The position numbers and the translations under genes were made by a program. The notes under the pieces are model-generated. The model saw only the letters and a program-made list of their open reading frames with translations, was not told the origin of the DNA and searched no databases. Shown here in pieces: positions 8,183 to 12,474 of a stretch of 12,474 nucleotides of DNA. The stretch lies in the NCBI GenBank assembly GCA_038845975.1, contig JAWBQF010000050.1, positions 1 to 12,474 on the forward strand. Reading direction: 5' to 3'. Source of the DNA: Candidatus Methanomethylicia archaeon (GTDB lineage Archaea; Thermoproteota; Methanomethylicia; CALHIW01). Within the stretch, counting starts at the first letter, position 1. Each line of letters opens with the position of its first letter.

Positions 8183-8213
8183 TCCCAGGCCCATTATTTT
8201 ACTACTTAACTAG

Positions 8214-8221
8214 CTTATAAA
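8214..8221 (-). promoter_or_regulatory. TATA box of tRNA-Ile2
   Basis: TTTATAAG on the minus strand predicts a transcription start near 8192, about 10 nt upstream of tRNA position 1. Confidence 0.5.
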
Positions 8222-8464
8222 TTTATATAGTTGGTTTAAATAACACTACCATACATTCGAATTAGAAAGCTTAGTAAATTGGAATTTAAGTAAACTTAAA
8301 CCTCATCTTTTTACATTATTAAAAATAGTTACTTATAGTGTTGTTCTTATTTGTTGCCGTATTGTCTATATAATCTAAAGTTTTCTATTTGTCTAGTGAA
8401 GATATTTTCTTACATGTCCTTATGGAATGGAAAACTATACAGTGTCTCTATGAAGTAGAATTGG

Positions 8465-8792
8465 GGCAGCGGAAGACACCGGCACTCGAAATCTCCATAA
8501 CCACCGTTTGGTAGTCAGCAGTCTCACATCCGCTACCCATGAACGACATGGCCCAGACTTAGGGCCGCTCTATTCCTAGCCTAACCCGTTTCGTCTGTTC
8601 AAGCTTAATCCCTTCCTCCGAAGGGACTAGCTTTGCCATGTCTCCATGGGGCGTGTGATCATAGATGCTTAACTACCTCAGCATGGTCATGGAGAAGCCT
8701 CATGCCGGCTTCTCAGCCCGCCATATAGACCGTTTGCGGTCGGACATATTCCTCAGGGGAGGCCTAGTCCCCCGCCTAAGTCTTCCGCTGCC
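8465..8792 (-). ncRNA. ffs: Archaeal signal recognition particle (7S SRP) RNA
   Basis: 13-bp terminal helix GGCAGCGGAAGAC/GTCTTCCGCTGCC; helix 6 TCCCTTC-GGAG-GAAGGGA; helix 8 GGGTTAGGCTA-GGAA-TAGAGCGGCCC (8562-8587); complementary Alu loops TAGGCC and GGTCTA. It forms a 328-nt GC-rich island. Confidence 0.92.
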
Positions 8793-8947
8793 AGCATTTA
8801 TATATAACACTCATTAATATCTTTTATTATATAAGGCTTGTTAGCTTAATCCATTAACTACATATCACATCCAAGGTTCACAAGATGTATAAAGAAGTAA
8901 AAATAATAAGTAGGCAAAGTATTACTCTGTATATCTAGAGGGATTAG

Positions 8948-10348
8948 ATGATCTTTATGTATGGGCATCCTTATATACCTAATTCATCTAAAAAAATAGT
9001 AGATATGATGATGCAAAAAATGAATATATCTTCCATAGATGATTTGTTTGCAGATATTCCACAAGAGTGCATTCTTAAAAAGCCACTTAATATCCCCCAT
9101 ATTGAATCAGAGATTGAATTAATAAAGTATTTTAAATCTATGTTTTCCAGTGATTTATGTTTTCACGATATGCGCGCCTTCATAGGAGCTGGTTGCTGGC
9201 CACATTATATTCCACCTGTAGTTAAAAGTATAGTTAGTAGAGCTGAATTCCTTACAGCTTACACTCCATACCAATCTGAAATAGCTCAAGGCTTATTGCA
9301 AGCTCTTTTCGAATATCAGTCTATATTATGTGAATTAACAGGCATGGAAGTGGCAAATGCATCAATGTATGATTGGTCAACAGCATTAGCTGAAGCAGCT
9401 CTTATGAGTTACAGAGTAACTAATAAGAAAACGTTTATAGTCCCATACATAATTCATCCTGATAGAAAATCTGTCTTAAAAACATACATTGAACCTCATG
9501 GTATTAAATGTGTTGAGATAATGTATGATAGGGAAAGAGGTATTTTAGATCTAGATGATTTAAAATCTAAATTGAATGATGATGTTTCGGCGGTTTATGT
9601 AGAGATTCCTTCATATTTTGGTTTTATTGATGATCAAGTATATGATATAAGTGATATGGCACATAGCAAAAATGCTTTATTTATTGTGGGTGTAGACCCA
9701 ATATCGCTTGGAATACTAAAAGCTCCTGGAGATTATGGTGCAGATATAGTAGTTGGCGAAGCACAACCATTAGGTAATCCTATAAATTTTGGGGGACCAC
9801 TAATTGGTATATTTGCATGCAAGGACGAATCTAAATTAATTCGAAATATGCCGGGAAGACTTATAGGTATAACTACAACAAAAAATGGTTCCGATAAAGG
9901 CTTTACACTAGTTCTTCAAACACGTGAACAACATATAAGGCGAGAAAAGGCAACATCTAATATATGCACTAATGAGGCACTATGCGCTATCGCTGCGGTC
10001 TGTTATTTATCATTGCTTGGAGGACATGGTCTTAAAAGACTTGGTGAAACTATACTATATAAAACATCATATGCTATTAAAAAACTTAATAGCATAAATA
10101 ATGTTAAAGCTCCACTATTTAAGAATTCTCTTCATTTTAAGGAGTTTGTAGTGAATATTGATGACACCGGCAAAAGTATTACATGGGTACATAAACAATT
10201 ATTAAGAAGAAAAATACATGGAGGAAAAATAATAGTAAATGAATATCCTGAATTCGGAAATTCTGCAATATTTTGTTTTACAGAGCTTCATTCAAATGAT
10301 GATATAGATCTACTTGTTAATTCTCTTGAAGAAATCCTAGGAGGATAG
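8948..10348 (+). CDS. gcvPA: Glycine dehydrogenase (decarboxylating) subunit 1
   Basis: EFLTAYTPYQSEIAQGLLQALFEYQS, ANASMYD, GADIVVGEAQPLG, MPGRLIG and LQTREQHIRREKATSNICTN. Confidence 0.97.
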   Translation: MIFMYGHPYIPNSSKKIVDMMMQKMNISSIDDLFADIPQECILKKPLNIPHIESEIELIKYFKSMFSSDLCFHDMRAFIGAGCWPHYIPPVVKSIVSRAEFLTAYTPYQSEIAQGLLQALFEYQSILCELTGMEVANASMYDWSTALAEAALMSYRVTNKKTFIVPYIIHPDRKSVLKTYIEPHGIKCVEIMYDRERGILDLDDLKSKLNDDVSAVYVEIPSYFGFIDDQVYDISDMAHSKNALFIVGVDPISLGILKAPGDYGADIVVGEAQPLGNPINFGGPLIGIFACKDESKLIRNMPGRLIGITTTKNGSDKGFTLVLQTREQHIRREKATSNICTNEALCAIAAVCYLSLLGGHGLKRLGETILYKTSYAIKKLNSINNVKAPLFKNSLHFKEFVVNIDDTGKSITWVHKQLLRRKIHGGKIIVNEYPEFGNSAIFCFTELHSNDDIDLLVNSLEEILGG

Positions 10349-10350
10349 TT

Positions 10351-11124
10351 ATGTTTAAACAAGCAAAATGGAATGAAAAATTGATATTTGAATATGATGA
10401 GTCAAACATATATAAATCATTCTTTAAAGAACTATCAGAAAGTGAGAAAAACTATATTATGAATTCTATTCCAGAGAAAATTCTAAGAAGAAACCCGCCA
10501 AATATACCTCAACTAAGTGAAGTTGAAACTATAAGGCATTTCACTCGTCTTTCACAAATGTCATATGGAGTAGATCTTGGAGTCTATCCTTTAGGATCCT
10601 GTACAATGAAATATAATCCAAAGGTTAATGAGGAAATAGCTAATAATGATAAAATACTCTGGATTCATCCATACCAAGACGAGGAGACAATTCAAGGTGT
10701 TTTAAAAATCCTCTATGACCTGGCTTTATGGCTTGCTGAAATAGTTGGTGTAGATAAAGTTTCGCTGCAACCAGCAGCTGGAGCCCAAGCTGAGTTTACA
10801 GGCTGCCTAATAATGAGGGCCTATCATAAGGACAATAACGAGGAAAATCGTACAGAGATTTTAATTCCTGACTCGGCTCACGGTACGAATCCCGCTAGCG
10901 CAGTTCAAGCTGGATTTAAGGTAGTTACAATACCTAGTGGTGATGATGGATGTATTGATGTCGAAGCGTTAAAATCAGCTGTAAGTGCAAGAACAGCAGG
11001 TTTAATGCTAACGAATCCTAATACACTAGGGATATTTGAGAAAAATATTCTTGAGATATCGAAAATCATTCATGAAGTTGGGGGGCTTCTTTATTATGAC
11101 GGGGCTAACTTAAATGGAAAATAA
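10351..11124 (+). pseudogene. gcvPB: Glycine dehydrogenase subunit 2, N-terminal half only (truncated)
   Basis: YPLGSCTMKYNPK, LQPAAGA, PDSAHGTNPASA, MLTNPNTLG and YYDGANLN, then a stop after 257 aa. Family members are about 480-500 aa, and the PLP-lysine motif (HLNLHKTF) is absent. Confidence 0.85.
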
Positions 11125-11215
11125 GTAATAAATCACTTTCTAATTAACTGTAATACTATTAGAAGTATATTCCTATTTGGAAAAAAATATATTACAGATA
11201 ACTAAGGAACTTTTA

Positions 11216-11301
11216 GGGCCCGTAGCGCAGTATGGAAGCGCGCCGGCCTTCTATTTATGGAAGAAAGCCGGCGGTCCGGGGTTCAAATCCCCGCGGGCCC
11301 G
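11216..11301 (+). tRNA. tRNA-Arg (TCT) with a 12-nt canonical 37/38 intron
   Basis: Cloverleaf GGGCCCG...CCGGC-CTTCTA|TTTATGGAAGAA|A-GCCGG...CGGGCCCG. The intron is 11254-11265, with central helix CTTC/GAAG. Confidence 0.95.
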
Positions 11302-11653
11302 TGTAGACATTAATTAATATTTTGATCTATATTTAAAGTCTGATAGAATTAAAAACAATTTAATTCTATCATTGGTCAACTAATTTTACTAACTCCTCTT
11401 CATCGCTCTTAAGTTTATTTTAAATTTTGCGCTTAAATTAGCAGCTAGCCTAAAGCAAGTAAATTGAGTTCAATTTAAGCAATATGAATATAGTTCTTTA
11501 TAGTGATATTCCTATTTTTGCGCATTGTTTGTAGAGTTTAAGTTTTTTATCTATCTAGGGGTTTTCTTATAACATTCTTTAATAGAGGAGCCTGACCAAG
11601 AAGAGAATTTTAAGAAGCATAAAAATCACGTAAGGACTTAACATATATGTAAT

Positions 11654-11666
11654 GAAAATTTATATA
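11654..11666 (+). promoter_or_regulatory. BRE/TATA box of tRNA-Glu
   Basis: GAAAA-TTTATATA, with the TATA box at -31 to -24 relative to the tRNA start at 11690. Confidence 0.6.
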
Positions 11667-11689
11667 TTGCATTAGATTAATCATAAACG

Positions 11690-11791
11690 GCTCCGGTAGT
11701 ATACATAAGCCTTATAGGCTTTGGCAGAAAGTCCGGTCAAGTATAGGGGCCTCTCGAGCCCCAGACCCGGGTTCAAATCCCGGCCGGAGCA
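11690..11791 (+). tRNA. tRNA-Glu (CTC) with a 27-nt insertion in the D arm (13/14 or 14/15)
   Basis: Removing 11704-11730 gives GCTCCGGTAGTATAGTCCGGTCAAGTATAGGGGCCTCTCGAGCCCCAGACCCGGGTTCAAATCCCGGCCGGAGCA, a typical archaeal tRNA-Glu. Confidence 0.88.
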
Positions 11792-11925
11792 TTAGTAAAA
11801 TAAAATGTCCTAAATATATACTTGAAAACCCCTCTTCTATGAGTTTTTAAATCTCTTATGATCTAAGAGGTTTATAAATAGAGCTTAGACATGTTTAAAA
11901 TAGAACATAATCTCTTAAGGAACTA

Positions 11926-12012
11926 CGGGCCCGGCGGGATTTGAACCCGCGACCACTCGGTTAAGAGCTACGCCCTATTGTCGAGCGCTCTACCGTGCTG
12001 AGCTACGGGCCC
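11926..12012 (-). tRNA. tRNA-Lys (CTT) with a 13-nt intron at 30/31
   Basis: Intron 11969-11981 (ACAATAGGGCGTA). BHB with outer helix AGAG/CTCT, central helix CGCT/GGCG and bulges CG|A and TA|G. Confidence 0.93.
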
Positions 12013-12042
12013 TTGTAAAATTGCCTTTGAATATGATTTAAA

Positions 12043-12142
12043 TGGGCCCGAGGGGATTTGAACCCCTGACCTCCTGCGCTTCCTGTTTACTGTATGTCAG
12101 GCAGGTTTCAGGATTAAAGTCCTACCACTAGACGACGGGCCC
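12043..12142 (-). tRNA. tRNA-Val (GAC) with two introns (25/26, 12 nt; 36/37, 16 nt)
   Basis: Intron 12107-12118 has helix TAGG/CCTG and bulges AC|T and AA|A. Intron 12080-12095 has helix CCTG/CAGG and bulges AC|A and AA|G. A TATA box TTTATATA lies at 12163-12170 on the minus strand. Confidence 0.92.
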
Positions 12143-12255
12143 AAGAAAAACACTAACAAAAATATATAAATTTTACCAAATTAAAAACTGTTTTGTAAGC
12201 TTAAGTCATTAGCTATATATGTACTTCATATCTAAAGTTCATAAAGCTTGCTAGA

Positions 12256-12474
12256 GATACTGTTACTTTTAGGTTTATGTTATTGCTGGTGGTTTTCCTA
12301 GTGTTTGATGAGGTCTTATCCAGTTATACCAGAGTATGAAGAAGTTTAGGAATAGGTTGATCTTTATGATTCCCTTTCTTGTCTGAAGTTGTGTAGAATC
12401 TTTTGTTCGATTCTTAAGTGTTCGAAACCATCACTCTATTGGATTCACATCGATTTTTACGCTTTCAATCCTAT
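12256..12474 (-). mobile_element. Second, inverted copy of the degenerate IS6-like element 3' end
   Basis: The reverse complement matches 1-219 with 6 substitutions by my count. One of them is AGA->TGA, a stop inside the IERWF motif. Confidence 0.8.

Noticed and set aside
8465-8792. RNase P RNA, suggested by GAGGAA..GTCC and GAAACGG
   Set aside because: It lacks the 3' P4 consensus (ACAGAA..CGGCTTA), while SRP helix 6, helix 8 and the Alu pseudoknot fit well.
8070-12071. 30-bp direct repeat (8070-8099 and 12042-12071) as attL/attR of an integrated element
   Set aside because: Both copies are 3' ends of complete tRNA genes (Ile2 and Val). The DNA between them holds housekeeping genes and no integrase.

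Overview
AT-rich archaeal DNA, most likely from a Thermoproteota/TACK-type or related uncultured lineage (inferred from tRNA style, non-canonical tRNA introns and an Ala1 proteasome beta paralog). It is bounded by two inverted, 97% identical 219-bp 3' ends of a degenerate IS6-like element, so it is probably a whole contig broken at repeats. Protein genes are proteasome beta, SepRS, FAD synthase, aIF-2 beta, a DUF530-like protein, a stand-alone rpl12, gcvPA and a truncated gcvPB. RNA genes are the SRP RNA and six tRNAs. The most striking signal is that all six tRNAs are interrupted: there are at least 10 introns or insertions, nine of them only 11-16 nt, and only two lie at the canonical 37/38 site. 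These include a triple-intron tRNA-Ile(CAU) with a strict BHB intron at 9/10 apparently supported by a complementary 5' leader, a tRNA-Leu with an intron inside or abutting its anticodon, and a tRNA-Glu with a 27-nt D-arm insert lacking a clean BHB. SepRS has a conserved-looking N-terminus with no in-frame ATG/GTG/TTG, overlapped by a short Cys-containing ORF. All calls were made by eye and no searches were run.
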